From a virus: a stretch of 64,000 nucleotides of DNA. This document shows positions 25,006 to 34,051 of this stretch, one piece after another (position 1 is the first letter of the stretch; each line of letters opens with the position of its first letter). The stretch spans positions 32,001 to 96,000 of the IMG/VR virus record IMGVR_UViG_3300047472_000191; one strand, 5' to 3'. The position numbers and the translations under genes were made by a program. The notes below the pieces were generated by a model. The model was not told the origin of the DNA and searched no databases. It worked only from the letters and a program-made list of their open reading frames with translations.

Positions 25006-26982
25006 ATGAGTGCAGAGACAGGGGCGTTAGCGACCACCCCGCATCCGTTAGGAAAACCGAACGGACCGGGGCTATTTCACGACAAGTCGTTGAGCCTGCC
25101 GCCGTACATCGAAAATATCGCGCATTCCCTCATGACTAAGCGCGGGATGGACAAGTCCAAGGCCATACAGACCGCAATTGGGGTCTGTCAGCGCTGGGCG
25201 GCCGGGGGCGGCGACGTCAAGCCTGAAGTACACGCTGCCGCACAGGCTGCTGTCGCTGCCTGGGAAGCCGCCAAGGCCAAGGCCCGCGCGACCCCCAACA
25301 AGGGCGACGTGAAGCTGTCCCAGCCGATGACCCTCCTGCGCTCCATCCTGGATGGCTCCAGTGCGGTGGAACTGGCTCAGATCGCGGCGGAGCCCACGGG
25401 TCAGCCGGTGAAGGCCAAGACCTCGAAGCAGCCCGCCAAGGCCCCCCAGAAGGGCCAGCAGCAGACCAAGCACCAGCTGCCGCCGGGGGCCGTCGGCTGG
25501 AAGCACAACTGGGTTCCCGTCGACAAGAACGGCAACGCGGTCGGTCCGTCGCAGAAGGACAAGTCTGCGTCAGAGATCAAGGACATGGCGGGCCACGACC
25601 AGGCCACCAAGGATGCGATCGCCTCGGCGTACCACAACAAGGCAGTGGCGGACGGCAAGAAGGCGGCCACCAAGGCGAAGTCGGCCAAGAAGGCTGCCGC
25701 TGCGGCTGCCAAGCGGGCTGCGAAGGCGAAGGCCGCTGCCGCCAAGAAGGCACTCCGGGCCAAGGTGGTTGCCGCCAAGAAGGCGGCGGTGGCCACCAAG
25801 AGGACCGCAGCTGCTGCTGCGAAGGCCAAGGCGGCGAAGGACAAGGCGCGTAAGCAGCTGGTCAGTCAGGCCACCAAGCAGGCTATTGCGGACAAGAAGG
25901 CGGGCCGGTCTCTGACGCCGTCTCAGCAGAGGCTGCTGGACGCGTACAACGGTCAGCAGGCCGCGACGCTGGACAACCTGCGCAACAACGTATCCCTGTC
26001 CCAGCCGATGCAGACTCTCCGCGCCGTGCTGGATGACCCGTCGGCAGTGGATCTGGCGGCCCCCGGCTCCCGGGGTTACATCTACACCCACAACTGGCAC
26101 CTGAAGGCGGGGGTGAACCTGCCGAACAGGGGACAGCTGCCGAAAAGCCACGGGAAGACCGTGGGTCACAAAGTTGTGGGGAAGGACTTTGCGTCTCCGG
26201 AGATCAACAAGGCCAAGGCGGCATTCGCCGCTGGTCACAAGGCCCCGAAGGTGAAGGCGACCGCCCCGAAGGTGCAGGGGGCCGCCCCAAAGGCGCCGGG
26301 AGCTGCCCCGCCTGACGGGAAGCCGTCCGAAATCCTCAAGTACACCGCCGCCAAGAAGGCTCACACGGCGGCCTATCACGCTGTCGGCAAGGCGCAGCAG
26401 GAGAACACCGTCAAGGCGCATGAGGCCGCCGTCAAGGCGCTTCTGGAGTCCCACCAGGCCAACTTGAAGGTGGGTCTGAACGGCGCGGCGAAATCCTCAC
26501 TGCAAGGGGCTCAGGTGCACGCGCAGAAGGCACTCTCTCTGGGTGGCAAGCCGACTGCCTCGACCCTGGACGCCCCGTTCACGCCGCATGAGGAAGTGCA
26601 GATTCAGACGGCGGTGCACAAGCTCAGCCAGATGTCAGACACCCAGTTCGCGGGACTGGCGAAGACCCACGGGAACGTCTCGAAGACCGCTACTCGCAAG
26701 GAGCGGATGCAGGCCGAGGCGGTACGACGTGCGGAGCAACTCCGGGTGGGGCTGGCTCCGACCAGTAACCCCGTGGCGCTGTCCCAGCCGGTGGAGCTGG
26801 GGGCGTCTGCGGAGTTCGGCGGGGACTCCGGCGGCCCGGTCCCCACGGTCAGTTCCCAGGACGGTCCCCGGGTCTCTGTAAACACTCTGATGGCCAACGT
26901 CCCGAAGCGCGTGCTCACCGATGCCGCGAAGAAGGCGCAGAAGAAGCGGCGCGGGGATGCCCGAAAGGGTGTCAAGAAGTGA
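25006..26982 (+). CDS. Ala/Lys-rich head-cluster protein (putative internal cargo/polyprotein)
   Basis: N-terminal LP.YI..IA..L...G...S.AI..A.....RWA.G domain; histone-like AK tract; repeated VxLSQP and xHNW motifs. Confidence 0.75.
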   Translation: MSAETGALATTPHPLGKPNGPGLFHDKSLSLPPYIENIAHSLMTKRGMDKSKAIQTAIGVCQRWAAGGGDVKPEVHAAAQAAVAAWEAAKAKARATPNKGDVKLSQPMTLLRSILDGSSAVELAQIAAEPTGQPVKAKTSKQPAKAPQKGQQQTKHQLPPGAVGWKHNWVPVDKNGNAVGPSQKDKSASEIKDMAGHDQATKDAIASAYHNKAVADGKKAATKAKSAKKAAAAAAKRAAKAKAAAAKKALRAKVVAAKKAAVATKRTAAAAAKAKAAKDKARKQLVSQATKQAIADKKAGRSLTPSQQRLLDAYNGQQAATLDNLRNNVSLSQPMQTLRAVLDDPSAVDLAAPGSRGYIYTHNWHLKAGVNLPNRGQLPKSHGKTVGHKVVGKDFASPEINKAKAAFAAGHKAPKVKATAPKVQGAAPKAPGAAPPDGKPSEILKYTAAKKAHTAAYHAVGKAQQENTVKAHEAAVKALLESHQANLKVGLNGAAKSSLQGAQVHAQKALSLGGKPTASTLDAPFTPHEEVQIQTAVHKLSQMSDTQFAGLAKTHGNVSKTATRKERMQAEAVRRAEQLRVGLAPTSNPVALSQPVELGASAEFGGDSGGPVPTVSSQDGPRVSVNTLMANVPKRVLTDAAKKAQKKRRGDARKGVKK

Positions 26983-27557
26983 CTCTAGCTGGGGTTTTCG
27001 CTACCATCATGAGTTATACTTATCTCATGATGGTGACGGATGCGCAGCGCGAGGAACGACTGTGGGCCCGGGTGGAACCCGACGGGATCTGCTGGCGGTG
27101 GACAGGAGACACCACCAAGTCGGGGTATGCCGTTGTGACTTGGAAGGGCAAGATCTGGCGGGTACACCGTCTGATCTGGGAAAAGCTAGTCGGCCCCTGC
27201 CCCGAAGGGCTGGAGCCGGATCACCTCTGCCGGGTGCGGCACTGCGTAAATCCCGACTGCATCGAGTGGGTGACGCCGGAGGAAAACAAACGGCGCATGC
27301 ACGTGGCACGCGGTACCCAGACTTGGAACGGTGCCAAGACGCACTGCCCCCAAGACCACGAGTACACACCTGAGAACACCGGTCGTGACAAGAAGAACCG
27401 GCGCTACTGCAAGACGTGCAACCGGGAGAAGGCCAACAAGCGCCGTATCTCTTGGACGTACGAGGAGTGGGAAGCCAAGAAGGCCAAGGACAGGGCGTAT
27501 TACTACGCCAAAGTTGCTGCGCGGGCAGATGAGATTGATAAGGCAGGTACGCCGTGA
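26979..27557 (+). CDS. HNH endonuclease
   Basis: CWRWTG...GY, VHR, DHLCRVRHCVNP..I..VT..EN, KTHCPQDH. Confidence 0.9.
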   Translation: MTLAGVFATIMSYTYLMMVTDAQREERLWARVEPDGICWRWTGDTTKSGYAVVTWKGKIWRVHRLIWEKLVGPCPEGLEPDHLCRVRHCVNPDCIEWVTPEENKRRMHVARGTQTWNGAKTHCPQDHEYTPENTGRDKKNRRYCKTCNREKANKRRISWTYEEWEAKKAKDRAYYYAKVAARADEIDKAGTP

Positions 27558-30500
27558 CACCCGATTACTCGCAGGAGTACGAGTTAGTGTTCGTGGAGGT
27601 GTTACCGCCGGGCTATACGGTAGTTGACCCCTCCGCGATCGACCCCTCCGCAATCGAGCTGTCAAACAACCCGGCCGGTGCGTTAGCATTCCGTTATAAG
27701 CACGGATGGCACTTAATAAACCCCCTGATCCCCTCCCGGGGACTCAGCGGCGGCGGTCTCGCCCGGCAGCACGGCCACCTCTCCGGCGGCTACACCACCG
27801 GCCACTTCCACAAGGGCGCGGACGGCAAGGTCCACTTCAAGGCCGCCAACCGGTACGCCGACAAGGCCGACTGGGAAAAGGAAGTCAAGGCCGGAGCTGC
27901 GGGCGTCGCCGCCAAGCAGGAAGCGGCAAAGGCTGCCGTCCAGAAGGCCGAGGACGCCACCAGCCTCACGGAGAAGCTGGCCGGGGAGAAGGCCCCCAAG
28001 GCGGCCCAGGCTGCGGCCCACGCGGCTGCCGCTGCGGCCCACCAGGACGCGGTCAAGCAGTTCCAGGCGATGGGGCAGGACGGTCTCAAGTCCGGGGTGC
28101 TGACGCATTCGGCCCACAGTGCGATCCACGCGTCCAAGGCGGACCAGCTGGGCTCGGCCGCCAAGGCGGAGAAGGCCCAGAAGCTGATCCAGCGCAAGGA
28201 GCTGGCAACCGGCCTGTCCAAGAAGGCCAACAACCTCAGCTTCTCGTCGCACGGGTCTACGGCGCTCCCGAAGGACAAGGCCGCGCTTCACCAGAAGGCT
28301 GCGGCGGCTCACACGGCCGCCCAGAAGGCCCACGAGCTGGCTGGGAACCCCAACACGGCCGAGACCCACGGAATGGCCGCTGCGAAGCACGAGACGCTCG
28401 CCGCGCACCAGCTGGAGAAGCACAAGCAGCTGGAGCACGGGGCCGGGGTCAAGTCGAACAAGGCTGTGACTGCCTCCAAGAGCGCCCACATCGCGGGCGA
28501 AGAGGGTGACTCCCTGCCCTCTCAGATCGCCGCGCACCAGCACGCTGCACAGGCCCACGGAGAGGCCTCCGCCGCGCACAACAGCCTCGGTAACATCAAG
28601 GCTGCGCAGGATCACCTGACCAGCAAGATGGCCCACAACGGTCACGCTGCCCAGCTGAAGGAGAAGCACGCCAAGCACGAGGCGGCGACGGCCGAGCACA
28701 ACCAGCTGAAGGGCGCCGCCAACGCGGCGTACCAGAAGGCCATCGGCATGCCTGAGGGCACGGTGTTCGAGAAGACCGCCAAGGCAGATGCCCTCAAGGA
28801 GGCGTCCGAGAAGACCGGCGCTGCCATACAGCACGGCGCGAAGCACGGCCTGCCCGACGATCAGCTGATAACGGCGAAGCACGAGCAGCTGACCGATTTC
28901 GCCAAGCAGTTGACGGGTGAGGTCGAGCAGGAGCACAAGGCCACGGCGAAGCTGAACCAGGCTGCGTTCGACGCCACCGACAAGGCCAAGGCGGCGTCCC
29001 TGGATGCCCAGGTCTCCGGCGCGCTCGCGGACCACTGGGCGGCTCACGACGCGCATCAGGCTGCTGCGGAAGCCGGTCAGGCGGCGGGCCACGGGGCGGA
29101 CATCCAGCAGTTCCACGCGAAGCAGAAGGAAGCCCACCTGGACAAGATCGCCAAGATCCAGGAAGAGCAGGACGCCGCCAAGAAGGCCGCTGCCGAGGCC
29201 AAGAAGGCTGCACAGCTCAAGGCGATCGACATGTCGGACGCCGCCAAAGCGGCCAGCCTCGACGCCGAGAACACGCCCCACGGCAAGACCCTGGTCGGCA
29301 AGCACCTGGACGCTGCCGCCGCGCACCTGGACGCCGCCGACGCGGCAAAGGACGCCAGTGGCGGGGCAAAGCTGGTCGAGCACCACACGGCCATGGCGAA
29401 AGAGCACACCGCAACGGCCAAGAAGGTCAGTGCGGACGTCTCGAAGGCCGACCAGACGGCCGGGGACCACTTCAACAAGGGCGACGACGCCGAAACCACC
29501 GGGGACCACAGCGCTGCGGTCCAGCACTACAAGAAGGCCGCCGAGGAAGCCGATAAGGCTGGGAACATCACGCTCAAGGCCAACGCCCTGCACTCCGTCG
29601 CCAACATCACGGGGACGAAAGAGGACCACAAGGCGGCCGGTAAGGCTGCACTGAAGGTCCAGATCGCGGAGAACAAGAAGGCCAAGCCCAGCGAGTTCAT
29701 CCAGAACAAGTACGAAAACATGGCGGAGGAGCACCTCGCTGCCATCGACGCGGGCAGCACCGCTCCGAAGGCCTCCGAGGCGCCCGCGCAGGCGGAGGGC
29801 AAGGTTCTCAAGCCGGTAGGCAAGTTGACCGGTACTGGCAAACAGCTCGGTTCCCACGCCAATGAGGTACTGGTCGACGAGGCCGGGAACCAGTGGCTGA
29901 AGAAGGCCGACGCCAAGGGGTATTCCCGGGTACTGGACCCGGCGCTCGCCTCCCTTCAGCGCAAGGTCGGCATCGAGACGCCTGTCTTCGTGAAGACGAA
30001 GGAGGGGCACCTCCAGGGCATGATCCCTGGTGCGGCGGACGCCTTCCCCGGTGGCAAATTCGACCCGGAGAAGCTGTCCCCTGAGGACGTCACCAAGATG
30101 CTCCAGCACCAGGTGCTGGATTTCGCGACGGGCAACCAGGACACCCACTCAGGGCAGTGGCTGCGTAACCCGGACGGGTCTCTCACGCAGATCGACCAGG
30201 CCCAGGCGTTCAAGTTCGGTGTCGGCAAGGGGTCGGGCGGCTACGGCAAGGGTGACCCGACGACTACGTACCCGCCGAACCACCCGGATACCGAGGTGTA
30301 TCCGAAGCTGTGGGCTGCCGCCCAGGCAGGCAAGATCGAAATCCCGGACCCCAGCGGGGACAACGAGTTCGCTAAGACGATCCAGGCGATTCAGGACATG
30401 CCGGACGAACAGTTCAAGGCACTGTTCAAGCCGTACGCCACACAGGTAGTCGCCAACGGCGGCAACCCGGGCGGGCACGCCACGGTGGACGAGTTCCTGA

Positions 30501-33382
30501 ACGCCATCACCGAGCACAAGAACAGCATCGGCAGCGACTTCCAGAAGCTGTACAACAAGCTCCCGGAGTCCTCGAAGATCAGTACTGCGGCGCCGGAGGC
30601 CCCCGAACCGCACGTACCTACAGGTGCAACGGCAGACACGAAGAAGAACGCGCTGGAAGCCATCCAGACGTACGCGGTGTCCGGGAACGGCCAGCCGCTG
30701 ACCCCGTGGATGACGCAGATGGCCAAGGAAGCCGGGCTGACCGACGCCGAAATCCACCAGGCGTTCAAGGACGGCCCGAAGGATATAGCGCTCCAGGAGG
30801 TCGCGAAGCAGGCCGCCAACGGCACCTTGCTGAACAGCGGCGCGATCACCAAGGCCAAGGACGCCGGTGCGAGCCTCAAGGAAATCCACGAGGTCATACA
30901 GGCCGCCAAGAATCCTGCCCCGGCCTCCGGCAACAGCGGACTGTCCAAGAAGGAGCAGGCCCTCAAGGCGCTCGCGGAGCACGAGCAGAGCGATGGAGAC
31001 ATCGCCAAGGGCGGCCAGCTGGAGAAGGCTGCTGTGGCGGCGGGGGCGTCTCAGCAGGAACTGGTGCAGGCGGCGCACCACCCCGAGACGTACCTGAAGT
31101 CCCTTGAGGGCAAAACGGGTTCCGCTGCTCCGGCGACGGCCCCGGAGCCGTCGGGTCTGTCCGCGAAGCAGGAGGCCTTGAAAAAGGTTGCCGAATTTTC
31201 GAGCAACCCGCCCGAGGACTGGACCGTGATGAAGTTCCAGGAAGTCCAGAAGGCAGCGAAAGCGGCAGGGGCTTCCCCCGCCGAGGTGCAGGAAGCTAAG
31301 TACACCCCGGAGAAGTTCCTCAAGAGTCTTCCGGCCGCCGCGCCGTCCGTCGCCGCTCCGTCGGCCCCTGCGGCAGTCGCCCCTGCGGCTCCCAGCGCCC
31401 CGGCAGGCCCGAAGGTCGACCCGTTCAAGCCGCAGGCCAAATGGACCAAGGGCGTTGCGGGACTCAAGATGCCGTCCGGCGAAACGCAGGAAACCGACGT
31501 CGTCGCCGGTCCGAAGGGGCTCGTCGTCCACAAGACGACCAATGGCCCCGGCTGGACCGTGTCCTCTTCCGACGGCCTCTCCCTGGGCAACAAGTTCAAG
31601 ACCCAGAAGGAAGCCAAGCTCGCCGCCGAGTGGATGGCGAAGAACCACGGCGCCACCGGGGCGATCACGCTCGACAACCACAAGGCGTGGGGGGCGTCTC
31701 ACCCGGAGGAGCTGACCAAGTTCAAGCAGGGGGTCGTCAACAGCCAGTGGAACAAGGACGCCCAGGCGACGCTGGACGCGCACAACGGCATGGCCCCTGC
31801 TGGAACTGCTGCTCCGGCCGCGATGACCGCTAAGGAGGACGCGCTCAAGAAGCTGGCAGAACACAACCTGCCGGAAAACGGCGACGACTGGGATTACGAC
31901 AAGAACGCGGACCTGAAGGACTCCGCATCTGCTGCGGGCGCCAGCCCGGCCGAGATCGCCTCTGCGGCAGGAAAGCCGAAGACGTACATCAAGTCCCTGG
32001 GGAACGCAGCTGCGGCGACGCCTGCGAGCCCCAGCACTCCGGGCCATGCCACGCTGCCGTCTACACCTGCGGGTCAGACGGGCTGGAAGAAGACGACGCA
32101 CCCCGTAACGGGCAATGCCGCCTACGTCCACCCGGAATCGGGTATCCACATCAGCAAGAAGCCGTACGGCACGATGTGGCAGCTGTCCACCCCGAGCGGG
32201 GCCGTGATCGGTGTCCAGTACTCGTTGAAGGATGCCAAGCACGCGGCGGCGCAGCTCACGAAGCCGTTCACGCCGGGCTACAGCAAGTACCAGGACGAGA
32301 TCAAGCTGAAGCAGGTCGCTTCCGCGTTCGGCAAGGACTCGAAGGCGTTCAAGGACGCAGAGACGGCGTTCAAGGACAAGCACGGAAGCGTGCCGGAGGT
32401 CCAGCCTGCGTCGGCGCCGAAGCCGTACACGCCGGGGTCCCCGCAGGCCGCTACGGTCAAGAAGCAGCCGCCGAACCCGGTCACGGATGCGTTCACGATC
32501 ACCGGCAGCCAGTCAAAGGACGCGCACAACCTCAAGGCGATCCTCGCGGCCAACGGACCGACCTCGCCGAAGTTCCTGAACGCCAAGGCGGAATGGGAGA
32601 AGAAGTACGGGAAGACCTTCGATCCGTCGTTCAAGTCGCCGTACGCCGCCACGGTTCATCCGGCGCATGCGGGCTTCACCCCGTCGAACCCGAAGTCTTA
32701 CACCACACAGGACTCCCAGGACCCGGCGGAGCTGGCGAAGGTGACCAAAATGCACTGGTCCCAGGACACCCTGGACCAGGGATTCCGGTCGGCTTCGATC
32801 ACCGCGTCTCTGAACGGGGACTGGAAGCCCAAGCACGAAGACACCGGCGACGGCAGCGGCCCGATGATCTACTCCGGGGGTTCCTACGACGCCATCAACA
32901 ACCAGTTGCGCGGTGACGCCCAGTCGGACCTGATGCCGATCGGCCCCACGGGCGGCGACTGGGACGACGTCATCGCACACGCGGACAAGCTGTTCGACGA
33001 GGTGCCCCCGCTGACGCAGAACGTTGTTCTGTCCCGCAAGGTCGGCTCGGACGGCGGGGCGTTCCCGAAGTCCCCGCCGCCGATGACGCCGGGCGCCGTG
33101 TTCACCGACCACGGCTATGTGTCCACGTCCAAGAGCCGGGATGTCTGGTCCGGTCCTGTGCAGATGGAGGTCCGGGTTCCCAAGGGCATGAAGGTGCTGG
33201 ACCTGAACCACACCACGGGCTCGAACCACCCCAGTGAGCTGGAGGTTCTGCTGCCGCGCGGTGTCCGCTACCGGGTCATCTCGGACGGTCCGGCCCTGCA
33301 CTATTCAGGCGCGGGGCAGCAGAACCGGCACATTGTGGTGGAAGTACTGCCGCCGCTCCCGAATGACAGCGCGATAAACTAG
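27554..33382 (+). CDS. giant multidomain virion-associated effector: helical A/H/K region, kinase-like domain, helical repeats, C-terminal VIP2-like ADP-ribosyltransferase
   Basis: DFATGNQDTHSGQW...IDQAQAF (HipA/PI3-4K-like); YSGGSY..INNQLR, LSR, FTDHGYVSTS, ELEVLLPRG (R-STS-ExE). Confidence 0.85.
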   Translation: MTPDYSQEYELVFVEVLPPGYTVVDPSAIDPSAIELSNNPAGALAFRYKHGWHLINPLIPSRGLSGGGLARQHGHLSGGYTTGHFHKGADGKVHFKAANRYADKADWEKEVKAGAAGVAAKQEAAKAAVQKAEDATSLTEKLAGEKAPKAAQAAAHAAAAAAHQDAVKQFQAMGQDGLKSGVLTHSAHSAIHASKADQLGSAAKAEKAQKLIQRKELATGLSKKANNLSFSSHGSTALPKDKAALHQKAAAAHTAAQKAHELAGNPNTAETHGMAAAKHETLAAHQLEKHKQLEHGAGVKSNKAVTASKSAHIAGEEGDSLPSQIAAHQHAAQAHGEASAAHNSLGNIKAAQDHLTSKMAHNGHAAQLKEKHAKHEAATAEHNQLKGAANAAYQKAIGMPEGTVFEKTAKADALKEASEKTGAAIQHGAKHGLPDDQLITAKHEQLTDFAKQLTGEVEQEHKATAKLNQAAFDATDKAKAASLDAQVSGALADHWAAHDAHQAAAEAGQAAGHGADIQQFHAKQKEAHLDKIAKIQEEQDAAKKAAAEAKKAAQLKAIDMSDAAKAASLDAENTPHGKTLVGKHLDAAAAHLDAADAAKDASGGAKLVEHHTAMAKEHTATAKKVSADVSKADQTAGDHFNKGDDAETTGDHSAAVQHYKKAAEEADKAGNITLKANALHSVANITGTKEDHKAAGKAALKVQIAENKKAKPSEFIQNKYENMAEEHLAAIDAGSTAPKASEAPAQAEGKVLKPVGKLTGTGKQLGSHANEVLVDEAGNQWLKKADAKGYSRVLDPALASLQRKVGIETPVFVKTKEGHLQGMIPGAADAFPGGKFDPEKLSPEDVTKMLQHQVLDFATGNQDTHSGQWLRNPDGSLTQIDQAQAFKFGVGKGSGGYGKGDPTTTYPPNHPDTEVYPKLWAAAQAGKIEIPDPSGDNEFAKTIQAIQDMPDEQFKALFKPYATQVVANGGNPGGHATVDEFLNAITEHKNSIGSDFQKLYNKLPESSKISTAAPEAPEPHVPTGATADTKKNALEAIQTYAVSGNGQPLTPWMTQMAKEAGLTDAEIHQAFKDGPKDIALQEVAKQAANGTLLNSGAITKAKDAGASLKEIHEVIQAAKNPAPASGNSGLSKKEQALKALAEHEQSDGDIAKGGQLEKAAVAAGASQQELVQAAHHPETYLKSLEGKTGSAAPATAPEPSGLSAKQEALKKVAEFSSNPPEDWTVMKFQEVQKAAKAAGASPAEVQEAKYTPEKFLKSLPAAAPSVAAPSAPAAVAPAAPSAPAGPKVDPFKPQAKWTKGVAGLKMPSGETQETDVVAGPKGLVVHKTTNGPGWTVSSSDGLSLGNKFKTQKEAKLAAEWMAKNHGATGAITLDNHKAWGASHPEELTKFKQGVVNSQWNKDAQATLDAHNGMAPAGTAAPAAMTAKEDALKKLAEHNLPENGDDWDYDKNADLKDSASAAGASPAEIASAAGKPKTYIKSLGNAAAATPASPSTPGHATLPSTPAGQTGWKKTTHPVTGNAAYVHPESGIHISKKPYGTMWQLSTPSGAVIGVQYSLKDAKHAAAQLTKPFTPGYSKYQDEIKLKQVASAFGKDSKAFKDAETAFKDKHGSVPEVQPASAPKPYTPGSPQAATVKKQPPNPVTDAFTITGSQSKDAHNLKAILAANGPTSPKFLNAKAEWEKKYGKTFDPSFKSPYAATVHPAHAGFTPSNPKSYTTQDSQDPAELAKVTKMHWSQDTLDQGFRSASITASLNGDWKPKHEDTGDGSGPMIYSGGSYDAINNQLRGDAQSDLMPIGPTGGDWDDVIAHADKLFDEVPPLTQNVVLSRKVGSDGGAFPKSPPPMTPGAVFTDHGYVSTSKSRDVWSGPVQMEVRVPKGMKVLDLNHTTGSNHPSELEVLLPRGVRYRVISDGPALHYSGAGQQNRHIVVEVLPPLPNDSAIN

Positions 33383-33402
33383 AACGGACGTTGGAGGACA
33401 CC

Positions 33403-33609
33403 ATGGCGAACGAGCCCTCGAAAGAGCCCACCCCGGACGGGTGGAAGGCCGGTGACCTTGTGTGGGAGGTTGCCCCGGATGAGGTGACGCCTGTCATGCA
33501 GGCGGAGCTGGAGGAGCATCTTGCGAATCAGCGCAAGGAAGCTCAGCGGGACTCCGTGACCGAGAAGGTGCGGGCGCAGATGGCGAAGCGTCGGCAGGCG
33601 GCCAGCTAG
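33403..33609 (+). CDS. small protein immediately downstream of the ART gene
   Basis: GGAGG RBS; GWKAGDLVW followed by a helix. Confidence 0.65.
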   Translation: MANEPSKEPTPDGWKAGDLVWEVAPDEVTPVMQAELEEHLANQRKEAQRDSVTEKVRAQMAKRRQAAS

Positions 33610-33737
33610 CCCGGATTCCGGCCGATACCCCGATTCCTTTTGGGAGTCGGGGTATCGGCATGCCTGGGGGTTGCACACCCCTCTAGCATGTGCTAGGGTA
33701 GATATATCGAAGGCAGGAACTACTCAAGGAGAACAGC

Positions 33738-33998
33738 ATGACTGTCAGCTTCCGGACCTGGGTCCTCAAGGAGGGCCAGAACCGGTTCAACCTGAAGATG
33801 CGCCAGCTGGCCGACCAGATCCTCCGGGACGCCTGCTCCCAGGGCAAGGGCAACAGCTATGAGCACCTCGTAGTGCACATGCTGAACGAGCACAACTGCT
33901 CGATGGAAGAGGCGGACCTGCTGTACTGGGCGGGCCTGGAGTGGGCCTCGGCTACAGGCCACAAGGGGCTCATCGAGCACCCCTACGAGCTGTCATGA
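33738..33998 (+). CDS. hypothetical protein with its own early-type promoter
   Basis: TTGCAC-N17-TAGGGTAGATA at 33671-33704; AAGGAG RBS. Confidence 0.7.
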   Translation: MTVSFRTWVLKEGQNRFNLKMRQLADQILRDACSQGKGNSYEHLVVHMLNEHNCSMEEADLLYWAGLEWASATGHKGLIEHPYELS

Positions 33999-34006
33999 CG
34001 GCCAAA

Positions 34007-34045
34007 ACGTAAGCCCCCTGGTCACATTGACCAGGGGGCTTACGT
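34007..34045. terminator. bidirectional terminator
   Basis: ACGTAAGCCCCCTGGTC / GACCAGGGGGCTTACGT. Confidence 0.8.
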
Positions 34046-34051
34046 ATGTGA

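Noticed and set aside
26979-27557. HNH gene as part of a group I intron splitting a single cargo gene
   Set aside because: The HNH ORF overlaps both neighbours by GTGA, leaving no room for intron core RNA; both flanking genes look complete
27713-32383. Long minus-strand ORFs (811 and 744 aa) opposite the giant gene
   Set aside because: Antisense shadows typical of high-GC3 coding DNA; no motifs or RBS
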